Below, piece after piece: positions 28,803 through 40,028 of a stretch of 64,000 bases of DNA. The DNA lies in contig NZ_DATMRK010000047.1 in assembly GCF_035566375.1 (NCBI RefSeq), forward strand, positions 123,750 through 187,749, written 5' to 3'. Under the pieces are notes generated by a model. The model had not been told where the DNA came from, did no database searches, and saw nothing but the letters and a program-made list of their open reading frames with translations. The position numbers were made by a program, and so were the translations under genes. Numbering within the stretch: position 1 is the first letter of the stretch; the number at the start of each line of letters is the position of its first letter. The stretch is from Collimonas sp. (GTDB lineage Bacteria > Pseudomonadota > Gammaproteobacteria > Burkholderiales > Burkholderiaceae_D).

Positions 28803-30353
28803 ATGAGTTTTCGCCCGACCTCGATTCCTAAACTCCCCCTGCTGCTCGTGCTGGCCGCCCTTACCGGCGCCATCAATGTGTTCGCCTTCGCGCCATACGG
28901 ACTGTGGCCGCTGCAGCTGCTGACGCTGGCGCTGTTGGTGTTCTGCCTGATCCGTGTTCCAACCATCAAACAAGGGGCGCTGCTCGGCTGGGCTTACGGC
29001 TTTGGCTGGGTAGCGCACGGCGTCTACTGGATTTATATCTCGCTGCATGACTTTGGCGCTTTGCCAGGTTGGCTGGCAGCGCTGGCGGTAGCGCTGCTGG
29101 CAGCCATCATGGGCTTGTACACCGCCATGTGCGCCGCAGCCGGTCTCTGGCTGCGGCGCCGCTGGTCAGCGTCGCCGTTGTTGTTTGCGCTGGCGATTTT
29201 CCCGGCGCTGTGGGCGCTCACCGAATGGCTGCGCGGCTGGTTGTTCACCGGCTTTCCCTGGCTGGTTTCAGGTTATGCCCACACTGCCGGCCCGCTGGCA
29301 GGTTTTGCGCCGCTGGTCGGCGTGTATGGCATCGGCGGCATCGCGGCGTTGATCGCCGGCTGCCTGGCTTTGCTGCCGCAACATAAACTGCCGGCGGCCG
29401 CCGCCGTGCTGATACTGATCGCGGGTCTTGGCTTGCATCAGATCGACTGGACTGCGCCGCATGGCAAGCCGATTTCGGTGCGCCTGTTGCAGGGCAATGT
29501 GGCGCAAGAAGAAAAATTCGATAACGCTCAGATTGTGAATTCCCTGCGCCTCTATATCGATATGATCCGCGCCGCGCCGGCAGACCTGATCGCCACGCCG
29601 GAAACCGCGATACCGATCATGCAAACCGAGTTGCCGCCGGACTATGTGCCCGCCCTGGCAGATTTCGCTCAGCAAACCGGCAGCCACATCGCGCTCGGCA
29701 TTCCTTATATCGACGGCCCCTATCGCTACTCGAACAGCGTGATCGGCATCTCGCCCCAGGCTAAGGACGCCGGCTTCCGTTATTTTCGTTACGATAAGCA
29801 GCACTTGGTGCCATTTGGCGAATTCGTGCCGCTCGGTTTCCGCTGGTTTGTCGACATGATGAACATCCCGCTCGGCGACTTTACCCGTGGGCCGGTGGTA
29901 CAAGCGCCATTCGCGGTGAAAGACCAATGGGTATTGCCCAACATCTGCTACGAAGACTTGTTTGGCGAAGAAATTGCCGGCCAGCTGGCCGCTACCCACG
30001 CAGCCGGCAAACCGACCGCTACCATGCTGCTGAATATGTCGAACATCGCCTGGTTCGGGAATACGATTGCATTGCCGCAACATTTGCAAATCTCGCAAAT
30101 GCGCAGCCTGGAAACCGGCCGCCCGATGCTGCGTGCGACCAACACCGGCGCCACCGCAGTGATCGATCCGCACGGTGTTGTCAGCATTCAACTGCAACCG
30201 TATAGCCGCGCCACGCTGACGGTGTCGGTGCAAGGCTACAGCGGCACAACGCCGTATATCCTGTTGGGCAATCGCCTGCTATTGGTTCTAGCCCTATCGA
30301 TACTGGCGGCCAGCTGGTGGTACAGCCGCCGCAAAGCGCGCAAGCAGCCCTAA
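28803..30353 (+). CDS. lnt: Apolipoprotein N-acyltransferase
   Basis: WLFTGFPW, QGNV, TPETA, YDKQHLVPFGEF and NICYED triad motifs. Confidence 0.95.
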   Translation: MSFRPTSIPKLPLLLVLAALTGAINVFAFAPYGLWPLQLLTLALLVFCLIRVPTIKQGALLGWAYGFGWVAHGVYWIYISLHDFGALPGWLAALAVALLAAIMGLYTAMCAAAGLWLRRRWSASPLLFALAIFPALWALTEWLRGWLFTGFPWLVSGYAHTAGPLAGFAPLVGVYGIGGIAALIAGCLALLPQHKLPAAAAVLILIAGLGLHQIDWTAPHGKPISVRLLQGNVAQEEKFDNAQIVNSLRLYIDMIRAAPADLIATPETAIPIMQTELPPDYVPALADFAQQTGSHIALGIPYIDGPYRYSNSVIGISPQAKDAGFRYFRYDKQHLVPFGEFVPLGFRWFVDMMNIPLGDFTRGPVVQAPFAVKDQWVLPNICYEDLFGEEIAGQLAATHAAGKPTATMLLNMSNIAWFGNTIALPQHLQISQMRSLETGRPMLRATNTGATAVIDPHGVVSIQLQPYSRATLTVSVQGYSGTTPYILLGNRLLLVLALSILAASWWYSRRKARKQP

Positions 30354-30484
30354 AGCCGTCAAAACCCGCTAAAATCGCTGGTTTTAGCGCTCTTCATCGC
30401 CTTCCGTATTTGACGCGCTGTGCTTGATTCGCTGTACTCAATCCGATTAACCGGCACTTTGCCGTATGGAAAAGCAACAAAACG

Positions 30485-31465
30485 ATGCTTACATTTCAAC
30501 AAATCATTCTCAAATTACAAGATTATTGGGACGCTCAGGGCTGCGCCCTGCTGCAACCTTACGACATGGAAGTCGGCGCCGGCACCTCGCATACCGCGAC
30601 CTTCCTGCGCGCCATCGGCCCCGAACCATGGCGGGCCGCCTATGTACAACCGTCGCGCCGCCCGAAAGACGGGCGCTATGGCGAAAACCCTAATCGCTTG
30701 CAGCATTATTACCAATACCAGGTGGTGCTCAAGCCGGCGCCGGAAAACATTCTCGATCTCTATCTCGGCTCGCTAGCCGCGCTCGGTCTGGATCTCAAAC
30801 GCAACGACGTGCGCTTCGTCGAGGACGACTGGGAAAATCCGACTTTGGGCGCCTGGGGCCTGGGCTGGGAAGTTTGGCTGAACGGTATGGAAGTGACGCA
30901 ATTCACGTATTTCCAGCAAGTCGGCGGCCTCGATTGCAAACCGGTGCTGGGTGAGATCACCTACGGCATCGAACGGCTGGCGATGTACCTGCAAGGCGTG
31001 GAAAATGTCTACGACCTGGTATGGACCGAGCGGGTTGAAAACGGCGTCACCAAAAAACTCAGCTACGGCGATGTCTTCCATCAGAACGAAGTCGAGCAAT
31101 CGACCTACAATTTCGAGCACGCCAACACCGAATTCCTGTTCCCGCTGTTCGGCAATTACGAAGCCGAGGCCAAGCGCCTGTTAGCAGTGCCGCTGGCGCT
31201 GCCGGCTTATGAAATGGTCTTGAAAGCTGCGCATACCTTCAATCTGCTGGATGCGCGCGGTGCGATCTCGGTGACCGAGCGCGCCGCCTATATGGGGCGG
31301 ATCCGCAACCTGTCGCGCGCAGTGGCGCAAGCATATTACGATTCACGGGCAAAACTGGGCTTCCCGATGTGGGAAATCACCGAGGAAAATGCCGATCTGT
31401 TGTTGCAAGAATTTGGAGATGAATACATGGCGGCAGTTGCGCAGCGCGCGGGGGAAGCAGTATGA
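30485..31465 (+). CDS. glyQ: Glycine--tRNA ligase alpha subunit
   Basis: [30 protein letters not shown] and [12 protein letters not shown]. Confidence 0.98.
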   Translation: MLTFQQIILKLQDYWDAQGCALLQPYDMEVGAGTSHTATFLRAIGPEPWRAAYVQPSRRPKDGRYGENPNRLQHYYQYQVVLKPAPENILDLYLGSLAALGLDLKRNDVRFVEDDWENPTLGAWGLGWEVWLNGMEVTQFTYFQQVGGLDCKPVLGEITYGIERLAMYLQGVENVYDLVWTERVENGVTKKLSYGDVFHQNEVEQSTYNFEHANTEFLFPLFGNYEAEAKRLLAVPLALPAYEMVLKAAHTFNLLDARGAISVTERAAYMGRIRNLSRAVAQAYYDSRAKLGFPMWEITEENADLLLQEFGDEYMAAVAQRAGEAV

Positions 31466-33585
31466 AGGACACGCTCTTGAATCAGACCCTGCTAATTGAA
31501 ATTTTTACCGAAGAACTGCCGCCGAAAGCACTGGCCAAACTTGGCGACGCCTTTGCCAACGGCATTTTCAATGGCTTGAAAGCGCGCGATTTCCTGGACG
31601 ACGGCGCCGTCGCCACCGCCTTCGCCACGCCACGCCGCCTGGCGGTTGCCATCAGCAATGTGCGCACCACCTCGCTCGACAAGACCATGCGTGAAAAAGT
31701 GCTGCCGGTTTCGGTGGCGCTGGATGCCGAGGGTCAGCCAAGCGCACCGCTGGTCAAGAAACTGGCGGCAATGGCAGCGCAAATCGGCAAGGGAGTGATC
31801 AGCCTGGCTGAACTGGAACGCGCGGCCGACGGCAAGGCTGAAAGTTTTTTCTACAGCTACACCGCCAACGGCGTGGCGTTGCCGGTCGGTTTGCAAGTGG
31901 TGCTGGAAGATACGGTAAGCAAATTACCGATCCCTAAAGTGATGAGCTATCAGCGTCAGCACGGCCACGCCGCGGGTCAGACCGTAAAATTTGTACGGCC
32001 GGCGCATAGCCTGGTAGCGCTGCATGGCGGCCAGGTATTGCCGCTGACACTGCTTGGCCTGGATGCAGATCGCCAGACCGAGGGCCATCGTTTCCTGTCG
32101 CAAGGCGGTATCGCGTTGGCCAATGCTGACAGTTATGCGGCCACGCTGGCCGGACAAGGCAAAGTGATCGCCAGCTTCAGCGAGCGCAAGGAAAAAATTC
32201 GTGCCGCTTTGTTGGCGGCTGCTGCAGGCAATCAGGTCCTGATGCCGGAAGCGCTACTGGACGAAGTCACGGCGCTGGTCGAATGGCCGGTGGTGTATGC
32301 CTGCAAATTCGAAGACGAATTCCTCAGCGTCCCGCAGGAATGCCTGATCCTGACGATGCAAACCAATCAAAAGTATTTTGCCCTGACCGATAGCGCAGGA
32401 AAATTGCGCTCGCGTTTCCTGATCGTCTCGAATCTGCAGACCGATGAACCGCAATACATCATCGAAGGCAATGAGCGTGTGGTGCGGCCGCGCCTGTCCG
32501 ACGCTAAGTTTTTCTTCGAGCAAGACCAGAAAAAGAAGCTGGCCGACCGTGTGCCCCTGTTGGCCAATGTGGTCTATCACAACAAGCTCGGCAATCAGTT
32601 GCAGCGCACGGAGCGGGTCAAGGCCCTGGCAGCGGCGATTGCCGGACTGCTCGGCAGCGACCCCGCATTAGCCGAACGCGCAGCATTGCTGGCCAAGGCC
32701 GACCTGCTGACCGATATGGTAGGCGAATTCCCTGAGCTGCAAGGCGTCATGGGCAATTACTACGCACGCCATGACGGCGAAGCGGAAGACGTCGCGCTGG
32801 CTGTCTCGGAACACTATCAGCCGCGCTTTGCCGGCGACGCCTTGCCGACTACCGATACCAGTACCGCAGTAGCGCTGGCCGACAAGCTGGAAACCCTGAT
32901 CGGCATCTGGGGCATCGGCCTGCAGCCAACCGGCGACAAGGATCCGTTTGCCCTGCGCCGCCATGCGTTGGGCATCTTGCGCATGCTGCTGGAAAAACGC
33001 CTGCCGATATCGCTGACGCAATTGCTGAGCAACGCCACACAGCAATTCGCCGGCAATCCCAACTTCAAGGATCCAGGCAGCGACGTGCTGCCGTTCCTGT
33101 ACGACCGCTTGCGCGGCCTGTTGCGTGAACGCGGTTATGCGACTAACGAAATTGAAGCGGTGGTGGCGCAGCAACCGGATCGGCTCGACAACATCATCGA
33201 ACGCCTCGACGCGGTGCAAGCGTTCGCCGCCTTGCCGGAAGCGGAAGCGCTGGCCGCAGCCAACAAGCGCATCACCAACATTTTGAAAAAGACCGAAGGT
33301 GTCGGCAACACGGTACAGCAAGATCTGCTGCGCGACAGTGCCGAACAGGGATTGTTCACAGCGATGAATGCGCTTAAACCCGAGGTTGACGCTGCCTTTG
33401 CCAAAGGCGATTTCAGCACTGCGCTAAAAGCATTGGCGCGGCTGCGGGAAAACGTCGACGGCTTCTTCAACGATGTGATGGTGATGGCCGACGACGAGCA
33501 ATTGCGCAACAACCGCCTGGCGTTGCTGGCAAACCTGCATGTGATGTTGAACCAGGTCGCCGACATTTCCAAGCTGGCCGCTTAA
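31462..33585 (+). CDS. glyS: Glycine--tRNA ligase beta subunit
   Basis: [39 protein letters not shown] and NRLALL. Confidence 0.97.
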   Translation: MKDTLLNQTLLIEIFTEELPPKALAKLGDAFANGIFNGLKARDFLDDGAVATAFATPRRLAVAISNVRTTSLDKTMREKVLPVSVALDAEGQPSAPLVKKLAAMAAQIGKGVISLAELERAADGKAESFFYSYTANGVALPVGLQVVLEDTVSKLPIPKVMSYQRQHGHAAGQTVKFVRPAHSLVALHGGQVLPLTLLGLDADRQTEGHRFLSQGGIALANADSYAATLAGQGKVIASFSERKEKIRAALLAAAAGNQVLMPEALLDEVTALVEWPVVYACKFEDEFLSVPQECLILTMQTNQKYFALTDSAGKLRSRFLIVSNLQTDEPQYIIEGNERVVRPRLSDAKFFFEQDQKKKLADRVPLLANVVYHNKLGNQLQRTERVKALAAAIAGLLGSDPALAERAALLAKADLLTDMVGEFPELQGVMGNYYARHDGEAEDVALAVSEHYQPRFAGDALPTTDTSTAVALADKLETLIGIWGIGLQPTGDKDPFALRRHALGILRMLLEKRLPISLTQLLSNATQQFAGNPNFKDPGSDVLPFLYDRLRGLLRERGYATNEIEAVVAQQPDRLDNIIERLDAVQAFAALPEAEALAAANKRITNILKKTEGVGNTVQQDLLRDSAEQGLFTAMNALKPEVDAAFAKGDFSTALKALARLRENVDGFFNDVMVMADDEQLRNNRLALLANLHVMLNQVADISKLAA

Positions 33586-33591
33586 AGTTAA

Positions 33592-33651
33592 TTGGGGACA
33601 GAGCAACGCGCCGCAAGGTTTATTCAGGCGGCGCTCAAACTCTGTCCTGCA
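33592..33651. repeat. Palindromic REP-like element (GGGGACAGAG…CTCTGTCC)
   Basis: Outer stem GGACAGAG/CTCTGTCC and inner stem GCGCCGC/GCGGCGC; resembles the element at 58466. Confidence 0.5.
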
Positions 33652-33652
33652 A

Positions 33653-34225
33653 ATGGATAAATACCCCATGAAGCTGATCATTCTCGACCGCGACGGCGTC
33701 ATCAACCATGACTCGGACGCCTTCATCAAATCGCCTGAGGAATGGGTGCCGATCAAGGGTTCGCTGGAAGCGATAGCACGTCTCAACCAGGCCGGCTACC
33801 GGGTTGTGGTGGCGACCAACCAGTCTGGCATCGCGCGCGGCTTGTTCGACATGCAGGCGCTGATGGCAATTCATCAGAAAATGCATGAGGCGGCGCAGCT
33901 GGTCGGCGCCGAGATCGACGCCATCTTTTTTTGCCCGCATGCCGCCGACGACAATTGCGATTGCCGCAAACCCAAGCCTGGCATGTTTCACGATATCGGC
34001 AAGCGCTTTGAGATCAGCCTGCGTGGCGGTGTGGCGACCGTAGGCGATTCTCTGCGCGACTTGCAAGCAGGTTTTATCGCCGGTTGCGCGCCTTATCTGG
34101 TACTCACCGGCAAAGGCGAAAAAACCCGCGACAAAGGCGGCCTGCCACCCGGCACATTGATTTTTCCGGACCTGGCTGCGGTGGTTGAATTCCTGTTGAA
34201 GAAACCGGTAGAGCTGTCGGTTTGA
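33653..34225 (+). CDS. gmhB: D-glycero-beta-D-manno-heptose 1,7-bisphosphate phosphatase
   Basis: LDRDGVIN, ATNQSG, FFCPH…CDCRKPKPGM and VGDSLRD. Confidence 0.93.
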   Translation: MDKYPMKLIILDRDGVINHDSDAFIKSPEEWVPIKGSLEAIARLNQAGYRVVVATNQSGIARGLFDMQALMAIHQKMHEAAQLVGAEIDAIFFCPHAADDNCDCRKPKPGMFHDIGKRFEISLRGGVATVGDSLRDLQAGFIAGCAPYLVLTGKGEKTRDKGGLPPGTLIFPDLAAVVEFLLKKPVELSV

Positions 34226-34288
34226 CTGGCGGATTGAATCGGCGTCGTCCTGCAAAAGATTGTTTGTTAAAAAATACCTGGAGTCTGC

Positions 34289-35032
34289 ATGTTGCGTTTT
34301 TCCCTGTTTTTGCGTTCCCTGTTGTTCTTCTTGTTGATGACGATCCTGACTGTAGTCTGGTCCTTGGCTTGCGTCCTGTTTGCCCCCTTCCCCTACGCCA
34401 GGCGTTATTACCTGACCGCGCGCTGGAATGTCATCGTGATCTGGATGGCTAAGGTCATTTGCGGGATTCGTTATCAGGTCAAGGGCTTTGAAAATTTCCC
34501 GGATGGGCCGGCGGTTGTGTTGAGCAAGCATCAGTCGGCATGGGAAACGATTTTCCTGCTACCGATGACGCCGCGCCCGCTGGTGTTCGTGTTCAAGAAA
34601 TCGCTGACCTATATCCCGTTTTTCGGCTGGGGCATCGCCCTGTTGCGCATGATTCCAATCGATCGCAGCAAAGGCCGCGACGCCTTCGCCCAAGTGGTGG
34701 TGCAAGGACGCAAGCGGCTGGCGGACGGCCAGTGGATCATCATGTTCCCGGAAGGCACGCGGATTCCGGTCGGCCAAACCGGTAAATACAAGAACGGCGG
34801 CAGCCGCCTGGCGGTGGAAACCAATACCCCGGTAGTGCCGATCGCGCACAACGCGGGCGAATGCTGGCCGAAGAATTCTTTCATCAAGAAACCCGGGCTG
34901 ATCACGGTGTCTATCGGCAAGCCGATTTATCCGGAAAACATGGATAGCAGCGAGTTGATGGCGAAAGTCGAAAATTGGATAGAATCTGAAATGCGCGTGA
35001 TTTCACCGCATGTCTATTCCAAGCAAAAATAA
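34289..35032 (+). CDS. plsC: 1-acyl-sn-glycerol-3-phosphate acyltransferase
   Basis: KHQSAWET and MFPEGTR motifs; follows gmhB. Confidence 0.9.
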   Translation: MLRFSLFLRSLLFFLLMTILTVVWSLACVLFAPFPYARRYYLTARWNVIVIWMAKVICGIRYQVKGFENFPDGPAVVLSKHQSAWETIFLLPMTPRPLVFVFKKSLTYIPFFGWGIALLRMIPIDRSKGRDAFAQVVVQGRKRLADGQWIIMFPEGTRIPVGQTGKYKNGGSRLAVETNTPVVPIAHNAGECWPKNSFIKKPGLITVSIGKPIYPENMDSSELMAKVENWIESEMRVISPHVYSKQK

Positions 35033-35984
35033 CGCTAACTTGCCAACATTGAAACTATCGCATCAAAAGCCAACTAAGCCGCGCCTGGGGCCAAATGCAC
35101 GACCCCAGGGCAAGCTACCGCAGCAACAAGCGTTGCAACTGGATCTGTTTGCCGACGATTCAATCACCAGCACCCCGCCAGCCCCCAATCCAAGATCGAT
35201 GCCACGCGCAACACCCGTGCCGCAGACACCGCCGGCGGGCGATACTGCCGTGCTGGCGCCCGGCAAGCGTCGCCTGCACTTTGGCGAGCATGTGCTCGAT
35301 TACACCCTGTTACGCTCCAAACGACGCTCCATCGGTTTTCTGATCAGCGACGACGGCCTACGCGTCACCGCGCCCAAATGGGTCACGCTGGGTGACATCG
35401 AAACCGCCATCCGCGAAAAGAAACGTTGGATTTTTACCAAGCTGGCCGAATACCGCGATCGCTCGACCCGCCGCATGCAACCGCAAATGCAGTGGCGCGA
35501 CGGCGAAACCCTGCCCTATATGGGCCGCAGCATCACCCTGCGGATTCACGCCACACAGAGGGCCGGAATCCATTTTGACCAAGCCAGCGAGCAACTGATC
35601 GTCTGCTTGCCGGCCGACGCCGGCGAGCAGCAGTTAAAGGATCGCGTACTGGGCTGGCTGCAACTGGAAGCCAAGCGCGTATTCGCCGAGCGGCTGCCGA
35701 TATATGCCGAGAAACTGGGCGTCAGCTACCAGTCGTTCGCGCTGTCGTCGGCGACTACCCAATGGGGCTCCTGCACCTCAGAAGGCAAGATCCGCTTGAA
35801 CTGGCGGCTGATGCATTTTGCGCTGCCGCTGATCGACTACGTGATCGCGCATGAGTTGTCGCATTTACGCGAGATGAACCATAGCCCGCGTTTCTGGGCC
35901 ACGGTGCAATCGATTTTCCCCGAATTTGAAACTGCCAGGAAAACCCTGCGCGACAGCGCTCACGAAACTCTGCCGATTTTTTAG
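35010..35984 (+). CDS. DUF45/YgjP (SprT-like, 'M48 family') zinc metalloprotease with N-terminal extension
   Basis: RSKRRSIG, LRVTAP, TQWGSCT, IRLNWRL, YVIAHELSHLREMNHSPRFW; QLDLF at aa 43-47. Confidence 0.88.
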   Translation: MSIPSKNNANLPTLKLSHQKPTKPRLGPNARPQGKLPQQQALQLDLFADDSITSTPPAPNPRSMPRATPVPQTPPAGDTAVLAPGKRRLHFGEHVLDYTLLRSKRRSIGFLISDDGLRVTAPKWVTLGDIETAIREKKRWIFTKLAEYRDRSTRRMQPQMQWRDGETLPYMGRSITLRIHATQRAGIHFDQASEQLIVCLPADAGEQQLKDRVLGWLQLEAKRVFAERLPIYAEKLGVSYQSFALSSATTQWGSCTSEGKIRLNWRLMHFALPLIDYVIAHELSHLREMNHSPRFWATVQSIFPEFETARKTLRDSAHETLPIF

Positions 35985-36083
35985 GGCAAGCGCGTCGTAC
36001 TTATTACTGACTACTTTTTCCGCCGACTTAAAACATCGGCGAGGTCTGAGCAACCTCTCTCTTCCCAACTATCGAGAAAAACC

Positions 36084-36494
36084 ATGCGAATCCTCCATAC
36101 CATGCTGCGCGTCGGCAATCTGCAACGTTCCATCGATTTCTACACCAAAGTATTGGGCATGAAACTGCTACGCACCAACGACAATCCTGAGTACAAATAC
36201 ACGCTGGCTTTTGTCGGCTACGGCAGCAATCCCGATCATGCGGAACTCGAACTGACCTACAACTATGGCGTCGACAGCTACGACCAGGGCACGGCGTTCG
36301 GACATCTGGCAGTCGCTGTCGAGGATGCCTACAAAGCTTGCGACGATGTCAGAGCACAGGGCGGCAACGTGACACGCGAAGCCGGGCCGGTAAAGGGTGG
36401 CAGCACGGTGATCGCCTTCGTCCAGGATCCGGACGGCTACAAGATTGAATTGATAGAGCGTAAGGCCGACAATTCACCCAGCGAGAAGTTATAA
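36084..36494 (+). CDS. gloA: Lactoylglutathione lyase (glyoxalase I)
   Basis: [26 protein letters not shown] and [10 protein letters not shown]. Confidence 0.96.
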   Translation: MRILHTMLRVGNLQRSIDFYTKVLGMKLLRTNDNPEYKYTLAFVGYGSNPDHAELELTYNYGVDSYDQGTAFGHLAVAVEDAYKACDDVRAQGGNVTREAGPVKGGSTVIAFVQDPDGYKIELIERKADNSPSEKL

Positions 36495-36554
36495 GGGCGG
36501 CAGGGCGGCCTGACTCTTAGCTGGCGCGTAGCTAAGAGATAGGTAAGGGGGGAA

Positions 36555-37340
36555 TCAGGCAGCGTTGCCAGTCCAGCGATTTGCCAGTTCGACAAAGCGC
36601 TCCATCGCAACCGCCTCGGGCCGCGCTTGCGGATCGACGCCGGCGTCGATCAGTTGGTTCTCGGTGAACATGCCGGCCAGGCAGTTGCGAATCACTTTGC
36701 GACGCTGGCTGAATGCCTTTAACACCACGGCTTCCAGTTTGCGCTGCTCGCAAACCAGAGGCTGGGCAATCGGGATCATCCTGACGATTGCCGATTCGAC
36801 CCGCGGCGGCGGATCAAAAGCGGTCGGCGGCACCACGAACAGCAGCGCCATCTGGTAACGCCATTGCAGCATCACCGAGAGCCGGCCAAACGCCTTGCTG
36901 CCCGGCTGCGCCACCATCCGTTCCACTACTTCCTTTTGCAGCATGAAATGCTGGTCCTGTACTTGCGGCGCGATCTCGGTCAGGTGAAACAGCAAAGGGC
37001 TGGAAATGTTGTAAGGCAGATTGCCGACCACCCGCAATTTGCCTTCGCCGATCAAGGGAATGCTACCGAAATCGAACTTCAACGCGTCGGCGGAATGCAC
37101 GTGCAAACGCGCCGGATCAAAATTCTTTTGCAAGCGCGCCACCAGATCGCGATCCAGTTCGACTACATGCAACTGCTGCAGCGATTCCAGCAGCAAACGC
37201 GTCATGGCGGCCAGGCCGGGCCCGATTTCGACCATATTGTCGCCGGCTTGCGGATCGATGGCGCTGATGATGTTGTACAGCACGGTGTCGTCAGTCAGGA
37301 AATTCTGGCCGAAGCGCTTGCGGGGAATGTGGTTCTTCAT
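36555..37340 (-). CDS. rsmA: 16S rRNA adenine dimethyltransferase
   Basis: RKRFGQNFL, VEIGPG, VGNLPYNISSP and FDPPPRVES. Confidence 0.97.
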   Translation of the reverse strand: MKNHIPRKRFGQNFLTDDTVLYNIISAIDPQAGDNMVEIGPGLAAMTRLLLESLQQLHVVELDRDLVARLQKNFDPARLHVHSADALKFDFGSIPLIGEGKLRVVGNLPYNISSPLLFHLTEIAPQVQDQHFMLQKEVVERMVAQPGSKAFGRLSVMLQWRYQMALLFVVPPTAFDPPPRVESAIVRMIPIAQPLVCEQRKLEAVVLKAFSQRRKVIRNCLAGMFTENQLIDAGVDPQARPEAVAMERFVELANRWTGNAA

Positions 37341-37412
37341 ATTTTTCTTTATTTGCGAGGCGGGAAAGCTAAAACAAAGCAGGACGCTTAAGAGTCAGCG
37401 CAATATAACTGC

Positions 37413-38534
37413 TTACTCTTGCCCCAATTGACTCAGCCGCACCATTTGCGCAGCAACGTTCAGCGCCGCCAGCATGCTGCCGTGATCGGCTCGGCCCAAA
37501 CCGGCTGCGGCGAGATCCAGTGCGGTGCCGTGATCGACCGAAGTACGGATAAACGGCAAACCCAGCGTGATGTTGATGCCGTGGCCGAAGCTGGCATATT
37601 TCAATACCGGCAAACCCTGGTCGTGATACATCGCCAATACGCAATCGGCGTCCGCCAGATATTTTTGCTGGAACAGGGTATCGGCCGGATAAGGGCCGCT
37701 GACGGCGATGCCGCGCGCCTGGGCCGCTTGCAAGGCCGGGCTGATGATATCGATTTCTTCACGCCCCAGATAACCGCCCTCGCCCGCATGGGGATTCAAG
37801 CCCGTCACCAGGATGCGCGGCTGCGCCAGGCCGAATTTTTTCTGCAGATCCGCATGCAGGATGTCAATGGTGCGGCTCAGACCATCATAGCTGAGTGCTG
37901 CAGCGACATCTTTCAATGCCAGATGGGTGGTCGCCAACGCTACCCGCAACGGCGGCGTGACCCGATCCGTGGCCAGCATCATGACGACCTGCGCAGTCGC
38001 ACTTTTTTCAGCAAGATATTCGGTATGGCCGGTAAACGGTACACCGGCGTCGTTGATCGTACTTTTTTGCAGAGGCGCCGTCACCATGCCGTCGAATGTT
38101 CCCTGCTGCGCGCCGTTGATGGCGATATCCAGCGTGCGCAATACGGCGCGGCCGTTGCGCGCATCCAGATGGCCTGGCTGCACATGGGCGTCGAGAGGGC
38201 AGTCGATTACCGCAATCTGATCATGGGGGAAATTCGGCAAGCCGTTGTTGCGCAGGGCCTGTTGCGAGAGTGCCACGAGCCGGATCTGCGGATCGATCTC
38301 AGCCGCGATCATCGCCAGGAAAGCAGCATCGCCAATCAGCACGCTATTGATTTCAGCGCGCAACTGCCAAGCCGCCTTGATCGAGATTTCAGGCCCGATG
38401 CCGGCCGGCTCACCGCAGGTGACGGCCAATATCGGCCTCGGCCGCACTGGCGATTTGAGCGGATTTTCAGCCGCTTGTGCGGCCGCGGGTGTAACCGCGG
38501 GTTTAGCCGCGGGTGTGACCGACTGATCAGACAT
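37413..38534 (-). CDS. pdxA: 4-hydroxythreonine-4-phosphate dehydrogenase
   Basis: [33 protein letters not shown] and RTSVDHGTA. Confidence 0.96.
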   Translation of the reverse strand: MSDQSVTPAAKPAVTPAAAQAAENPLKSPVRPRPILAVTCGEPAGIGPEISIKAAWQLRAEINSVLIGDAAFLAMIAAEIDPQIRLVALSQQALRNNGLPNFPHDQIAVIDCPLDAHVQPGHLDARNGRAVLRTLDIAINGAQQGTFDGMVTAPLQKSTINDAGVPFTGHTEYLAEKSATAQVVMMLATDRVTPPLRVALATTHLALKDVAAALSYDGLSRTIDILHADLQKKFGLAQPRILVTGLNPHAGEGGYLGREEIDIISPALQAAQARGIAVSGPYPADTLFQQKYLADADCVLAMYHDQGLPVLKYASFGHGINITLGLPFIRTSVDHGTALDLAAAGLGRADHGSMLAALNVAAQMVRLSQLGQE

Positions 38535-38577
38535 GCACTACTCTCAAAGCTGGCTTGGATACTGTATCAACGCAGCA

Positions 38578-39993
38578 TCAACGGTCGTCGTTACGGTATT
38601 CCACATAGGTCCGGTCGCGCAATTGGCGCAACCAGTCGTTGGTGGCTTCTTCGGTTTTACGTTCACGAATCGCCATCCGCGCTGTCAGACGCTGACGCTC
38701 CTTGGACACATCGTTGGTCTTGCGCTCCACCACTTCAATCAGGTGGTAACCAAACGGCGATTCGATCGGATCGCTGATCTGTCCCGGCTTCAACGCATCC
38801 ATCGCGCGTTCGAATTCCGGCACCGTATCGCCGGGATAAACCCAACCCAGATCGCCGCCCTTGGAGGCCGACAAATCGTTCGAATACTGTTTGGCCAGAT
38901 CTTCAAATGTGGCGGCCTTATTATCCAGACGCTCCTTCAAGTCGGCCAGACGACGGCGTGCTTCCGCCGCGGTCACGGTTGGCGTCACCTTGATCAGGAT
39001 GTGGCGCACATGGGTCTGCTGAATCGGTGCGGCTGCGGTGTCAGTCGATGCGGCGGCGGCGGCGGCGCGCTTGTTAACCAGCTTGATGATATGAAAACCA
39101 TTGGCGCTTTTCAAAATACTCGAGGTCTGGCCCGGATTCAGATTGGCGACTGCCTCCACGAACAGCGCCGGCAGGCGATCTTGCGTGCGCCAACCCATGT
39201 CGCCACCGGTCAAGGCGTCGCTGGCGTCGGAGTAAGCGGCGGCAACTGCGGCAAAATTTCCCCCCGACTTGATTTGCTGCATGGCTTCTTCCGCGCGTTT
39301 GGCACGCTGCGCAATCTGCTCGGCCGAAGCATTTTCCGGCACTCGGATCAGGATCTGCGCCAAGTCCAGTTCCTGGGCTGTTTGTTTGTTGCCGCTTTCG
39401 GCGGCGATGTAGTTGTCGACTTCCGATTCCGAAATCTGGATCTTGTTATCGACTTCGCGTTCACGCAGGCGCTGTAACAACATTTCTTGTCGAATCTCTT
39501 CGCGGAAAGCCGGGTATGGAATTTGATCGTGGGCCAGCTGCTTTTGGAAATCCGCCATCGACAATTTGTTTTGTTCGGCAATCCGGCTGATCGCACGGTC
39601 CAGCATGGTGTCATCCACCGACAAGCCGTTTTCTTTCGCCAGCTGTACTTCGGCGCGCTCAAGAATCATGCGCTCCAACAATTGTTTTTGCAGCTCGGCA
39701 ACCGGCGGCAACTCGATCTTCTGAGCGCGCATGCGTTGCACCACGTCGTTCATGCGCTTGGCCACTTCCTGTTGCGTAATCACATCGGTGTTCACCACGG
39801 CAACAATGGCGTCGACTGTCTGCGGAGCTGCTTTGCTGGCAGCAGGCTTGACTGCTGGCGCAGGAGCAACAGCCGGGGCGACGGCAGGCGGCGCCGACTG
39901 ATTCGACGCGGCTTGAGCCCAAGCACCACCGGCAGTAGCAGACAGCAACGAGAATGCGATTGCGGCGAGTTGGATTTGATTGGTTTTACGCAT
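38578..39993 (-). CDS. surA: Periplasmic chaperone/PPIase SurA (start uncertain, ORF open to 40032)
   Basis: DAIVAVVN, two parvulin domains (GGDMGW, THVRHILIK, GGDLGW, FGYHLI). Confidence 0.93.
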   Translation of the reverse strand: MRKTNQIQLAAIAFSLLSATAGGAWAQAASNQSAPPAVAPAVAPAPAVKPAASKAAPQTVDAIVAVVNTDVITQQEVAKRMNDVVQRMRAQKIELPPVAELQKQLLERMILERAEVQLAKENGLSVDDTMLDRAISRIAEQNKLSMADFQKQLAHDQIPYPAFREEIRQEMLLQRLREREVDNKIQISESEVDNYIAAESGNKQTAQELDLAQILIRVPENASAEQIAQRAKRAEEAMQQIKSGGNFAAVAAAYSDASDALTGGDMGWRTQDRLPALFVEAVANLNPGQTSSILKSANGFHIIKLVNKRAAAAAASTDTAAAPIQQTHVRHILIKVTPTVTAAEARRRLADLKERLDNKAATFEDLAKQYSNDLSASKGGDLGWVYPGDTVPEFERAMDALKPGQISDPIESPFGYHLIEVVERKTNDVSKERQRLTARMAIRERKTEEATNDWLRQLRDRTYVEYRNDDR

Positions 39994-40028
39994 AATTGGA
40001 CGAACGTTCATAAGTAAAAATGACGGAT

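Noticed and set aside
37419-39477. Long antisense ORFs (452 aa and 314 aa) and similar ones opposite amiC, corC, lnt and amgK
   Set aside because: Typical shadow ORFs of high-GC coding strands, with no RBS or motifs.
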